This document shows, in pieces, positions 10,734 through 20,571 of a stretch of DNA of 64,000 bases. The DNA is from an uncultured delta proteobacterium (GTDB lineage: Bacteria; Myxococcota; Myxococcia; Myxococcales; Myxococcaceae). The notes beneath the pieces are model-generated. The model ran no database searches, was not told where the DNA came from, and was given only the letters and a program-made list of their open reading frames with translations. Where the stretch lies: assembly GCA_963776345.1 (NCBI GenBank), contig CAVZMH010000016.1:64001-128000 (forward strand). Reading direction: 5' to 3'. Numbering within the stretch: position 1 is the first letter of the stretch; the number at the start of each line of letters is the position of its first letter. The position numbers and the translations under genes were made by a program.

Positions 10734-11067
10734 GAAGCACCTCCCGGTCAACTCCCCGGCTCGGGCCGGAACCGACCGGCCCATGAGGCGCTCGTTTGAG
10801 CCTCCGTCCTGTGCGGACTCAAGGCTCGCTGTCCGCGCACGGAGCACTGGTGCGCGCCCCTCACTTCGGAGCGAGCGATGCCATCGGCGAAGGTCAGTCT
10901 GGCTTCAGAGAAGTGAGCTCACGGTCCGATCGGTGAGGCCTCGACCCCTCGCTCGATGGTGTGAAGCGAAGATTCGGGCGAGAGGCGTCCTGGCTCGCTC
11001 GTCGCGGGGGAGAGTCCCCCACGCATCCGGGAGACCCGGGACGAGCGCCGGGCCGGGAGCCGACCTG

Positions 11068-11700
11068 TTAGCGAGCGAAGAACACGACTTCGGCCCCGTT
11101 CCTCGGGGCGCGTACCCCGGTCTGTGGGGGCTTGGTGCTCCGCTCCGCCGCCTCGCGGACCAGCGCGTCCACCACCAGCTCGAGCGCCGCCCAGTCGGTG
11201 AAGACCACCTGGCGCACGGGCTCCTCCGGGGCGACCTGGACGATGCGCCGCATGAGCACGCGGGTCAGCGGGCCATACGCGGGGTCGGTCAGCGCGCCGG
11301 CCACCGGGACCGAGCGCCCGGGCCGCCAGCCGGTCTCGAGCACGAAGTCCTCCAGCACCTTCCGCGTGGCGCGCTGGGCGTCGAGCCGCTCGTCGTCCGG
11401 CCGGTGCACGTCCGTGGCGGCCGCCTCGGTCAGGCTCACGGACAGGAAGACCGTGGGAAGCCGGTCCAGCTCGCTGCGGCGAGCACGGACGAACTTCACC
11501 ATCTCCCGTTCATGGTGACCGAGGTGGACGCTCGCGGCCAGGATCACGGCCGAGTAGCGCTCCAGCGACGGTAGCGCCTCGGTGCGGACGTCCTGGATCT
11601 GCGCCTCGTGCCGAAGGGTGCGGATGCGGTCGGCGACGCGCTCTGCGATGTGCCGGGTGTGGCCGGTGCGGGTCGCGTAGACGACGAGGATCGGTCTCAT
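11068..11700 (-). CDS. Flavodoxin-domain protein, HemG (menaquinone-dependent protoporphyrinogen oxidase)-like
   Basis: YATRTGHTRHIAE FMN loop, AGAL and FTDW motifs. Confidence 0.7.
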   Translation of the reverse strand: MRPILVVYATRTGHTRHIAERVADRIRTLRHEAQIQDVRTEALPSLERYSAVILAASVHLGHHEREMVKFVRARRSELDRLPTVFLSVSLTEAAATDVHRPDDERLDAQRATRKVLEDFVLETGWRPGRSVPVAGALTDPAYGPLTRVLMRRIVQVAPEEPVRQVVFTDWAALELVVDALVREAAERSTKPPQTGVRAPRNGAEVVFFAR

Positions 11701-11886
11701 GCCCTTGCCGTGCTGCATCGGGCGTACCCCGGAGATGGCATGGGTTCGCGGGACGCCCGCCTCCGCAAGCCGTGCGCGTCAGGGCCGACGGGTGCGCAGG
11801 CCATGCGCCCGATCGGACCCTGGACGGGGCCTTTTCAGTGCACGCCGGATGCAGTGCAGCCCCCCTGCGCCAAGGAAGGAATTGCC

Positions 11887-13362
11887 ATGTCCGAACGGCA
11901 CGTTGTCATCGTCGGTGGCGGGCTGGCGGGGCTCTCCGCGGGCTGCTACGCGCGAGCCTCCGGGTTTCGCACCACGGTCGTCGAGCACAACATCGCCCTG
12001 GGCGGCGTCTGCACTGCCTGGCCGCGCGGGCAATACGTGGTCGACGGGTGCATCCACTGGCTGACCGGCGGCGCCTTCGCCCCCCTGTACGAGGAGCTGG
12101 GCATCGTCCCCGCGGTGAAGCTCCACGTGCTCAAGGAATGGACCGCCTACCGCGACGCGCGGAACGGCCGGACGCTCCACCTCACGCGGGACCTCGACGC
12201 GCTCGCCAGGGACCTGCGCGCCCTGGCGCCCGAGGACGGCGAGGAGATCGCCCGGCTCGTCTCCGGGGCACGGCGGGTGGCCGAGCTGAAACAGCCCTTC
12301 GATCAGCCCCACCACACCTTCTGGGACCAGCTCGCCGAGTTCTGGCAGATGCGCGAGGAGCTGGGCACGGTGATGCACTTCCGGAAGCCGCTCGCGCTCT
12401 ACGTCCGCGAGCACCTGAGGTCCGACGAGCTCCACCGCGTCATCACCGAGCTGATGCCGCCCGAGGCCCCGGCGCTCTTCCTGCTGATGGTGCTCGGGTA
12501 CCTGGAGCGCGGTCACCTCTCGCGTCCCATCGGCGGCACGGCGGCGTTCCGTGACGCGCTGATCTCCCGCTACGAGCGGCTGGGTGGCGAGGTCCGGCTC
12601 CACTCCACCGTGGACGAGGTGCTGGTCGACGGGCACGAGACCCGGGGCGTCCGCCTCTCGGACGGGAGCTACCTCCTCGCCGACGCGGTCATCTCCACCT
12701 CGAGCATGCCCGAGACCGTGCTCCGGCTCCTCGGCGGACGATTCGGGGGCGACGAGGTGCGCACCCGGCTCGCCCGGTGGCGAACGTTCCAGCCGGTGGT
12801 GCTGACGAGCTTCGGCGTCGCCCTGCCCCTCTCGGACCTGCCGTCGCTGATGGTCGTCGATCGGGTGGAGCCCTTCGAGATCGGCGACGTGGTGAACGAC
12901 TCGCTCTACCTCCGCATCTGCAACGACGACACCCACTTCGCGCCCGCAGGGCACACCGTGGTGCAGGCGATGCTTGGCTCGGACTACGACTGGTGGGCCA
13001 CCCGCGGGGCGCGATACACGGCGGAGAAGGATCACGTGGCGGAGGTCGCGCTGAAGCAGATCACGAAGCAGATCCCCGGCCTGGCCGCGTCGGTGCGGAT
13101 GGTGGACGTGGCCACACCGCTGACCTTCTGGACCAGCGCCCGCGCCTGGCGGGGCGCCTACGAGGGCTGGCTCCCCAGCTCCGAGTCGTTCTTCGGCCAG
13201 GTCAAGAAGACGCTCCCCGGCCTGCACCGCTTCGTCATGGCCGGCCAGTGGGTGGAGCCGGGCGGCGGGGTGCCCACGGCGATCCTCAGCGGCCGGCAGG
13301 CCGTGCAGATGCTCTGCACCGAGCTCGACGTGCCGTTCCGGTTGCCTGCGGTGCCCGAGTAG
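11887..13362 (+). CDS. FAD-dependent oxidoreductase, phytoene dehydrogenase-like family
   Basis: IVGGGLAGL, GGVCTAW, DVATPLT, AGQWVEPGGGVP; AAGGAAGG SD before ATG 11887. Confidence 0.8.
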   Translation: MSERHVVIVGGGLAGLSAGCYARASGFRTTVVEHNIALGGVCTAWPRGQYVVDGCIHWLTGGAFAPLYEELGIVPAVKLHVLKEWTAYRDARNGRTLHLTRDLDALARDLRALAPEDGEEIARLVSGARRVAELKQPFDQPHHTFWDQLAEFWQMREELGTVMHFRKPLALYVREHLRSDELHRVITELMPPEAPALFLLMVLGYLERGHLSRPIGGTAAFRDALISRYERLGGEVRLHSTVDEVLVDGHETRGVRLSDGSYLLADAVISTSSMPETVLRLLGGRFGGDEVRTRLARWRTFQPVVLTSFGVALPLSDLPSLMVVDRVEPFEIGDVVNDSLYLRICNDDTHFAPAGHTVVQAMLGSDYDWWATRGARYTAEKDHVAEVALKQITKQIPGLAASVRMVDVATPLTFWTSARAWRGAYEGWLPSSESFFGQVKKTLPGLHRFVMAGQWVEPGGGVPTAILSGRQAVQMLCTELDVPFRLPAVPE

Positions 13363-13802
13363 TCAGGCCGCGCCTAGCAGGTGCGAACCGCGGGCCTTCC
13401 CCGCACGCGCTGCGCTCGTTGCGGGGCTTTCGGCTTGTAGAGGACTGTGGTGACCCTCACCACGCGCCTCTCGCTGTTCAGGTCGCCTGCGAAACCGTCC
13501 GGGCGCCGGGCCGAAAGTCGTGGTCGACACCTGAACAGGCACGACCCGCTCGAGGCATTTCCTGAACGGAAGGGCATGTCAGCCGCGCGGCGGCCGCCCT
13601 GCCCCGGCGTCCCAGACGAAGCGGAGGACGCGCGGCTGCGAAGTGCCGCGCCCCCGCGCACTCCACTCTCATGTGGCCCGTTCCTGTCGTTATCGGCTCC
13701 CGCCAGGGGACCGTCACGCTCCCGTGACAGGATGCGGGGGTGGACTTCGACGAAGCGCGCCAGCTCACGGCACGCGCCATGGCTCGGTTCGAGCGGTTCC
13801 TG

Positions 13803-13836
13803 ACCCGGGTTCGCGCCCCGGGCGCGGCGTTCCTCG
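13803..13836 (+). repeat. 34-bp direct repeat, copy 1
   Basis: acccgggttcgcgccccgggcgcggcgttcctcg; 33/34 identical to 15890..15923. Confidence 0.9.
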
Positions 13837-13839
13837 TGA

Positions 13840-14240
13840 TTGAGGGCGATCCGCACGACGGCCGAGCGACGGCTGGCGGAGCTGGACCGCATCGTGCGCG
13901 ACCATTTCGGCGACCGGTCCAAACCCGAGCCCGTGGCCATGAAGGACCTCCTCAAGCGCGCGCAGTCCGGGAAAGTGGTCGTGGTGGACGCTCGACCGGC
14001 GATCGAATTTGCCGCCGGCCACATCGCGGGTGCCATCTCCGTGCCGGTCGACGAGCTCAAGCGGCGGCTCGGACGGCTCCCCCGAAGCAAGGAGTACGTC
14101 GCCTACTGCCGCGGACCGTACTGCGTCTACGCCGATCGGGCTGTCGAGCTGCTGCGCGCGAGCGGCCGGCGCGCCAGGCGTCTCAAGGACGGATTCCCCG
14201 AGTGGAAGGCCGCCGGGCTTCCGGTGGAGGCGAGGTTCGG
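13840..14240 (+). pseudogene. N-terminally truncated ArsR-rhodanese fusion regulator (rhodanese half only)
   Basis: DARPAIEFAAGHIAGA, YCRGPYCVYA and GFPEWKAAGLPVE motifs; the ArsR HTH is absent and homology begins right after the repeat. Confidence 0.7.
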
Positions 14241-14290
14241 CATGAGTCGCGTGTGCGAAACCGCGTGGGTGTGGTGGGGTAAGAATAGAG

Positions 14291-15017
14291 CCCTACCACT
14301 ACTTCGAGACAGGCTGCGCCGCCTATCTCTTCGGCTGTGGGACCTTGGGGAAGTGCGCGGTCGTCGACGCGCACGAGGAGGATGTCGAGGCGTACGCCGC
14401 CTTCGCCGCGTCGAAGGGGATGCGCATCACCCACGTCGTCGATACCCACATCCACGCCGACCACCTGTCCGGCGGCCCGTCTCTGGCCCGGAAGGTCGGG
14501 GCGGCGTACTGCCTGCACGAATCAGCCGACCTCTCGATTCCCTTCGAGCCCTTGCATGACGGTCAGGAGATCCAGCTCGGCAACACGCGGGTGAAGGTCC
14601 TCCACACCCCGGGCCACACGCCGGAGAGCGTCTGCCTGGTGTGACGGACCTGCGGCGGGGAGCCGACCCCTGGTTCGTCCTCACCGGCGACACCATGTTC
14701 GTCGGCGCCGTCGGCCGGCCGGACCTGCCGGGCCAGGCCCGCGAAAACGCCGCGCAGATCTACGACAGCGTCCACGCCAAGCTCCTCACGCTTCCGGACG
14801 ACCTGGAGATCTTCCCCGCGCACTTCTCTGGTTCGGTCTGCGGCGTCGGGATGAGCGGCAAGCCGTCGAGCACCATCGCCTTCGAGAAGCGCTGGAACCC
14901 GCTGCTCACGAAGACCCGTGAGGACTTCGTGAACGCGCTCTCCGACGTGCCGCCGAAGCCGGCCGAGATGGAGCGCATCCTGCGCACCAACCGGGACGCC
15001 CGAAGCCGCGGTCATGA
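14291..15017 (+). pseudogene. MBL-fold hydrolase (persulfide dioxygenase/glyoxalase II-like); start lost, frameshift near 14640
   Basis: THIHADH, HTPGHTPES, TGDTMFVGAVGRPD and FPAH motifs over two frames. Confidence 0.7.
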
Positions 15018-15889
15018 GCGCCCTCCGGCTCGGAATCCGCGAGAACCTGGCGCAGTTCTCGCTGCTGGTCGTGGTCAACGCGTTCGTCGGCGCGATGGTC
15101 GGGATGGAGCGCAGCATCCTGCCGGCGATCGCGGAGCAGGACTTCCAGCTGGCGGCGCGCACCGCGGTGCTCTCGTTCATCGTCGTCTTCGGCGTGGCCA
15201 AGGCGCTGACCAATTACCTCGCTGGACGCCTCTCGGATCGCTTCGGCCGGAAGCAGGTGCTCGTCGCCGGCTGGGTCATCGCCGTACCGTGCCCTTCCTG
15301 CTGATGTGGGCCCCGAGCTGGCACTGGGTGCTCTTCGCCAACGTCCTGCTCGGCGTGAGCCAGGGGCTCACCTGGTCGACGACGGTGATCATGAAGATCG
15401 ACCTCGCGGGCGCGAAGAACCGCGGGCTGGCGATGGGCCTCAACGAGTTCGCGGGCTACTTCGCCGTCGCTGCGAGCGCGCTGGCCACCGGCTGGATTGC
15501 CGCGCGGTACGGGCTCCGGCCGGAGCCGTTCTACCTGGGCATCGGCTTCGTCGCCGTGGGGCTGGGCCTCTCCGCGCTCGTGGTGCGCGAGACGAAGCAC
15601 CACGTCACGCACGAGTCGACGCTGCGCGGCGAGCTTCCGGCCGGAGGTCGACCCACCCAGCGCGAGGTCTTCTGGCGAACCACCTTGCTCGATCGAGACC
15701 TCTCGAGCGTCAGCCAGGCTGGCCTGGTCAACAACCTCAACGACGGCATGGCGTGGGGCCTCTTCCCGCTCTTCTTCGCCGCCGCGCGGATGACCATCGG
15801 CCAGATCGGGACGCTCGCCGCCGTCTATCCGGCGACCTGGGGCCTCGCGCAGCTCTTCACCGGCGCGTGGTCGGACCGCGTCGGACGCA
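15014..15889 (+). pseudogene. MFS transporter, frameshifted near 15290 and C-terminally truncated
   Basis: GRLSDRFGRK motif A; sequence stops after the second motif (AWSDRVGR) exactly at repeat copy 2. Confidence 0.75.
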
Positions 15890-15923
15890 ACCCGGGTTCA
15901 CGCCCCGGGCGCGGCGTTCCTCG
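15890..15923 (+). repeat. 34-bp direct repeat, copy 2
   Basis: acccgggttcacgccccgggcgcggcgttcctcg. Confidence 0.9.
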
Positions 15924-15953
15924 CGTCGCTGCCGACAAGCCGGAGAACACATC

Positions 15954-17114
15954 ATGAGCTCCAGCGATCCGATCTACCTCGACCACAACGCGACGACGCC
16001 CGTCCTGCCGGAGGTCATCGAGGCGATGCTCCCGTACCTCCGGGAGCACTTCGGCAACCCCTCGAGCGGGCACGTCTACGGAAGACGCGCTCGAGACGCG
16101 GTCGCGCGAGCGCGCCAGCAGGTCGCGGCGCTCCTCGGCTGTGATGAGGACGAGGTGGTGTTCACCTCCGGCGGCACCGAGGCGAACAATCTCGCCATCC
16201 GAGGCGTGACCGAGGCTCGCGACGATCGAGACCACGTCGTGACCACGGTCGTCGAGCACCCGGCGACGGCGCACCCATGTGGGTGGTTGGAGCGGCACGG
16301 GCGGAGGGTCACCCGCATCCGCGTGGATTCGGATGGCCGGGCCCGCATCGAGGAGGCTCGCGACGCGATCGACGGCGACACCGCCCTGGTCACGGTGATG
16401 CACTCGAACAACGAGACCGGCGTGCTCCAGCCGATCGCCGAGCTCGTGGAGCTGGCGCATGCCAACGGAGCGCTCCTGCACACCGATGCCGCGCAGTCGC
16501 TCGGCAAGGTGCCGGTCCGGGTCCGCGAGCTCGGAGTCGACCTCCTCTCCGTCGCCGGCCACAAGCTCTACGCTCCCAAGGGGGTGGGGGCGCTCTACGT
16601 GAAGCGCGGCACGCCGCTCGTTCCGTTCGCGCTCGGCGCGAGCCACGAGCATGGCCTGCGCCCCGGCACCGAGAACGTGGCTTCCATCGTGGGCCTCGGC
16701 GTGGCGTGCGAGACCGTGGGGCGCGATCTCGACGCGGCAGCCTCCCGGATGCGCGCGCTCCGCGACTCGCTCTGGGAGCTCCTGGCCGCCGCCGTGCCCG
16801 GGATCGCGCTCAACGGCCATCGCGAGCTTCGGTTGCCGAACACCCTCAACGTGCGTTTCCCGCGGGCGTCGGGAAACACCGTGCTCGATGGGGCTCCCGA
16901 GGTGGCGGCCTCCACGGGCTCGGCGTGCCACGAAGGCGACGAGAGCGCCTCCGTGGTCATTCTCGCGATGGGCGTCCCAGCGGAGGACGCGCTCGGATCG
17001 GTGCGGCTCACCCCGGGGCGTAGCACCACGGAAGGTGACGTCGCGCGCGCCGCCGAAGCGCTGCTCCGTTCCTGGGTGCAGGCCGTTGAGAATCGCCGTC
17101 CGGCGCCTGCCTGA
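15954..17114 (+). CDS. Cysteine desulfurase (IscS/NifS family)
   Basis: YLDHNATTP, GNPSS, FTSGGTEANN, AGHKLYAPKG and STGSAC motifs. Confidence 0.9.
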   Translation: MSSSDPIYLDHNATTPVLPEVIEAMLPYLREHFGNPSSGHVYGRRARDAVARARQQVAALLGCDEDEVVFTSGGTEANNLAIRGVTEARDDRDHVVTTVVEHPATAHPCGWLERHGRRVTRIRVDSDGRARIEEARDAIDGDTALVTVMHSNNETGVLQPIAELVELAHANGALLHTDAAQSLGKVPVRVRELGVDLLSVAGHKLYAPKGVGALYVKRGTPLVPFALGASHEHGLRPGTENVASIVGLGVACETVGRDLDAAASRMRALRDSLWELLAAAVPGIALNGHRELRLPNTLNVRFPRASGNTVLDGAPEVAASTGSACHEGDESASVVILAMGVPAEDALGSVRLTPGRSTTEGDVARAAEALLRSWVQAVENRRPAPA

Positions 17115-17198
17115 TGGAGACGACCGCTCCGGCTGTCACCGGCGCCGCGCAGGATCTGTGCTGGCCCGAGGCCGGTCTCCCGGCGATGAGTGGTCACC

Positions 17199-17696
17199 AT
17201 GCCCGAGCTCCGGATCCTTGCAGTGTGCGGAAGCCTCCAGGCGCGGTCCGCCAACCTCTCGCTGCTCCGGACGGCCCCGTCGGTCGCGCCCGACCAGGTC
17301 GAGGTCGTCCTCTTCGACGCTCTGGGCGATCTCCCGCTCTTCAACCCCGACCTCGAGGAGCGAGGAGCCCCCGCCGCGGTGGACCGCTGGAGACGCGCGC
17401 TCGCCGCCTCGACGGCCGTCCTGATCGCCTCGCCCGAATACGGGCACAGCCTCCCGGGCGCGCTGAAGAACGGGATCGACTGGGTCATCGGCTCGGGCGA
17501 GCTCTACCGGAAGGTGGTGGCGATCACCGCGGCGGTGGGCCACCGGAGTCGTGGCCGGCAGGGCCTCGCGGCGCTCGCCCAGACGTTGCGGGCGGTCGAC
17601 GCGCGCATCGTGTGGAGCGAGCCGATCCTAAGCGGCCCCGGCGCCGAGCCGGAGCTCCGCGCCCTGCTCCGGGCCCTGGTCGAGGGAGTCGCCTGA
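17199..17696 (+). CDS. NADPH-dependent FMN reductase
   Basis: GSLQARSAN, SPEYGHSLPGALKNGIDW. Confidence 0.85.
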   Translation: MPELRILAVCGSLQARSANLSLLRTAPSVAPDQVEVVLFDALGDLPLFNPDLEERGAPAAVDRWRRALAASTAVLIASPEYGHSLPGALKNGIDWVIGSGELYRKVVAITAAVGHRSRGRQGLAALAQTLRAVDARIVWSEPILSGPGAEPELRALLRALVEGVA

Positions 17697-17779
17697 CCTC
17701 CAGACGCCGGAAGCACTCGGCCGGGTGGTCAGAAACTCGAAGGGCGCCCTCGGGGGGCCCTGAGTGCTGAATCCTGCTG

Positions 17780-17852
<73 letters not shown>

Positions 17853-18095
17853 GGGCACTTCAGCGGCTGCCCCTGGGAGGGCGGCCGAACGGCGGCAGGC
17901 TCATAGCGCAGCCGGGCCGCTCGCGCCAGTCCCGTTCAGGCGCCCAGGAGGACCGGCTGCGACGCCTGCCTGCGACCATCCAGGTCCATGCCCCGACACC
18001 TCGAGGCCGGCGCGCCGAAGGCAGCGAACCACCATGCTGCACCGTGCTCGCCGGCGCCGTCGGCAATCGGCGCTCGGGTGCCCCGTCCCTCTGCC

Positions 18096-18596
18096 ATGCA
18101 TCCCCTGCTCCTCGTCTCGATCCTGATCGCCGCGCCCGATGCCGGGCTTCCACCGCGGACCGCTCCGGACGAGGCACCCGCCGCCAGCCACGCCGCCGGC
18201 GTCGATCACCGGGGGGACCAGGGCATGGGCTTCTCCCACGAGCAGACGGCGCACCACTTCACCCTGACGAAGGAGGGCGGGGTCATCTCGGCCGAGGGGC
18301 TCGACGCCGCCGACACCGGCACGCGGGACTCGATCCGCGGCCACCTCGGCCACATCGCCCAGGCCTTCTCGGCCGGAGACTTCCACCTGCCGATGTTCAT
18401 CCACGACCGGATGCCCCCGGGCGCCGAGACGATGAAGCGGCTCCGGACGAGGATCTCCTACCGGATGGAGAGCACCGACCGCGGAGCACGGGTGGTCATC
18501 CGGACCGAGGACCCAGAGGCGCTGGAGGCGATCCATGCGTTCCTGCGCTTCCAGATCGCCGACCACCGGACGGGCGACAGCCCCGAGGTCCAGTGA
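18096..18596 (+). CDS. Secreted His-rich hypothetical protein
   Basis: Signal peptide followed by PDAG; MGFSHEQTAHHF, IRGHLGHI and FQIADH; GC3-biased frame. Confidence 0.6.
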   Translation: MHPLLLVSILIAAPDAGLPPRTAPDEAPAASHAAGVDHRGDQGMGFSHEQTAHHFTLTKEGGVISAEGLDAADTGTRDSIRGHLGHIAQAFSAGDFHLPMFIHDRMPPGAETMKRLRTRISYRMESTDRGARVVIRTEDPEALEAIHAFLRFQIADHRTGDSPEVQ

Positions 18597-18796
18597 CGGA
18601 GAGCGAGCACGCCGACGGCGGTGACGAGGACGGCCCGCTCGACGGCGGCCACCGCTGATTCAGAGACCGATGCGGGTTTCGCGCATCGTCCAACAGTCGA
18701 CGCGAACCCAGCGAGTCTTCCGGGACCCAGTGAACGCATTTGCGGTCACATGCGTCGAGGTGCGTCAGCCAGAACGGTGAGGACGCAAGGTTCCGG

Positions 18797-19246
18797 TTAG
18801 AGAGGACAACTTCCGGAACAACTGTAAACACCGGCGTCACAGGTGGTCGCCGGCTTGAGGTCTCCACAGGCGACCGTGCACTGGCCGCCGCGGCAATCGG
18901 CGGCACAGGTCTGTAGGGGGTTGCAGCTCACGGTGCAGTCGACCAGCTCCCCGTTCGGGACACAGCTCAGCTGACACGGGCCCGGATCGCAGGTCGGGCT
19001 GCACGTCTGGCCGGACCGCTCGCAGCTGAAGCTGCAGCTCGTCCCCGAGCAGCTGATGACGCAGTCCGAGAGCTCGCTGCAGCCCGCACGGCAGAGCTGG
19101 GCGCCGCAGACCGGATCGCAGCTCGAGGCGGTGCCGGAGCAGATGGCCGTCCCGGCATCGCCGGTGGAGCCCACCACCTCGTCCACCGTGCAGGCCATCT
19201 CCAGCCCGAGGACCAGGGCCGCGCCAAGGACACCGGCCGCCTTCAC
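18797..19246 (-). CDS. Cys-rich lipoprotein with ten CxxxC repeats
   Basis: Signal peptide and lipobox-like Cys; 23 Cys in 149 aa; GTGA overlap with the anti-sigma gene. Confidence 0.7.
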   Translation of the reverse strand: MKAAGVLGAALVLGLEMACTVDEVVGSTGDAGTAICSGTASSCDPVCGAQLCRAGCSELSDCVISCSGTSCSFSCERSGQTCSPTCDPGPCQLSCVPNGELVDCTVSCNPLQTCAADCRGGQCTVACGDLKPATTCDAGVYSCSGSCPL

Positions 19247-19998
19247 CGATGCTCCCGGAGCGCGTCGCCAATGCCCGGGAGCTGGATGCTGCGCGGATGG
19301 TCCTGCCGGAATCGCGCGGCGCGCGCCCGGGCCTCGGACTCGCGGCCCTCACGCACGAGAAGACGGATGACCAGCGCCTCGCGCTCCTCTGCGAGCTGCC
19401 CGCCGGGGAACTGCTCCGCGTGGCGGCCGAGCAGGCCCCGTGCTTCGGCCAGCTGGCCCTGGACGATGTCCTGCCGCGCACGGTCCAGCATCGCGCGCTC
19501 TTCGCCGAGGGTGTCCGCGGGCGCCAGCTCCTCGGCGGCGGACGGCTCGGAGGCCGGGGGTTCCGCCGGGCGGGCGACGGGCTGGCGCGCGGGTGACGGC
19601 GCGACGGGAGCGGCCCGGCTCCGGGCGCGCTCCGAGCGGACCTCGAGGTAGGTGGCGGTACCGCCTCCGACGCCCACCGCGGCGGCGATGCCCAGGACCA
19701 GCGCCTTCTTCGCCAGGAGCGTCCCGACCAGCCCGGTCGCGGCAGCGCCGGTGCCTCCCGAGGCCCCGGCCACTCCGCCCGCACCCGCGGTGGCCGCGCC
19801 CGCGGTGGCGACGCTCGCGGCGGCGGCGGTGGAGGTGGCGGCGGTGGCCGCGAGGAAGCCGGCTCCCAGGCCGAGGGTCAACGCGACGCGACGCTGGACC
19901 CTCTCCCTCGCGCCGTCGGGCGGCACGAGCGCCGCGGCGTCCTCGCGTCCCAGCTCGGCCCACCCGGCCGGAAGGGGCTCGGTCAGCCAGTCGCTCAC
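19243..19998 (-). CDS. Putative membrane-anchored anti-sigma factor with C-terminal TPR-like helices
   Basis: Ala/Gly-rich linker, TM segment, Pro-rich linker, LGEERAMLDRAR...FPGGQLAEERE; overlaps the sigma stop codon. Confidence 0.65.
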   Translation of the reverse strand: MSDWLTEPLPAGWAELGREDAAALVPPDGARERVQRRVALTLGLGAGFLAATAATSTAAAASVATAGAATAGAGGVAGASGGTGAAATGLVGTLLAKKALVLGIAAAVGVGGGTATYLEVRSERARSRAAPVAPSPARQPVARPAEPPASEPSAAEELAPADTLGEERAMLDRARQDIVQGQLAEARGLLGRHAEQFPGGQLAEEREALVIRLLVREGRESEARARAARFRQDHPRSIQLPGIGDALREHR

Positions 19999-20543
19999 GG
20001 CTCACCTCGCAGGGCGGCGGTGACCTTCGCCCGGCCCAGCCGGAGCCGGGAGTAGACCGTGTTCAGCGGCACCTCGAGCGACCTGGCGATCTCCGGCACC
20101 GGGATGCCGTCGAGATCGTGCATCACCACCACCGCGCGCTGGTTGATGTCGAGCTGCGAGAGCGCGGCCTGGAGGCGGCTACGGACCTGTTGCGAGGCGA
20201 CCAGCTCGTCGGGGGTCCGCGTCTCGTCCGGACGCTCCGGCTCGGGGTCGGCGACCGTCACCTCGAGGCGGTGCCGCCGTCGCCACTGGGCCGCGATGCG
20301 GAAGGCGATGCCGAGCAGCCAGGGGCGGAGCGGACGCGACGGGTCGTAGGTGCCATACCTCCGGTGGGCCACCACGAACACATCGTGAACCGCGTCCTCC
20401 ACGTCCGCCTCCGGGACACCCAGTCGCCGCAGGTACAGCCACACTGCCTCGAACTCCGCGTCGTACGCCGCCGCGAACATGGCGTCGTCGGGCGCGGCGA
20501 CTTCCGGGGCCAGGGAGGCTGCGGACTGCACTCCCTTCTTCAT
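19995..20543 (-). CDS. ECF RNA polymerase sigma factor
   Basis: Region 2 (DVEDAVHDVF, PWLLGIA) and region 4 (EIARSLEVPLNTVYSRLRLGR). Confidence 0.9.
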   Translation of the reverse strand: MKKGVQSAASLAPEVAAPDDAMFAAAYDAEFEAVWLYLRRLGVPEADVEDAVHDVFVVAHRRYGTYDPSRPLRPWLLGIAFRIAAQWRRRHRLEVTVADPEPERPDETRTPDELVASQQVRSRLQAALSQLDINQRAVVVMHDLDGIPVPEIARSLEVPLNTVYSRLRLGRAKVTAALRGEP

Positions 20544-20571
20544 TGTGGGGACCGGCCCCGGTCCGTCACCG

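Noticed and set aside
13474..13538. Integron attC site
   Set aside because: Core-like motifs are in the wrong order (GTT first, AAC last); no integrase or cassette array
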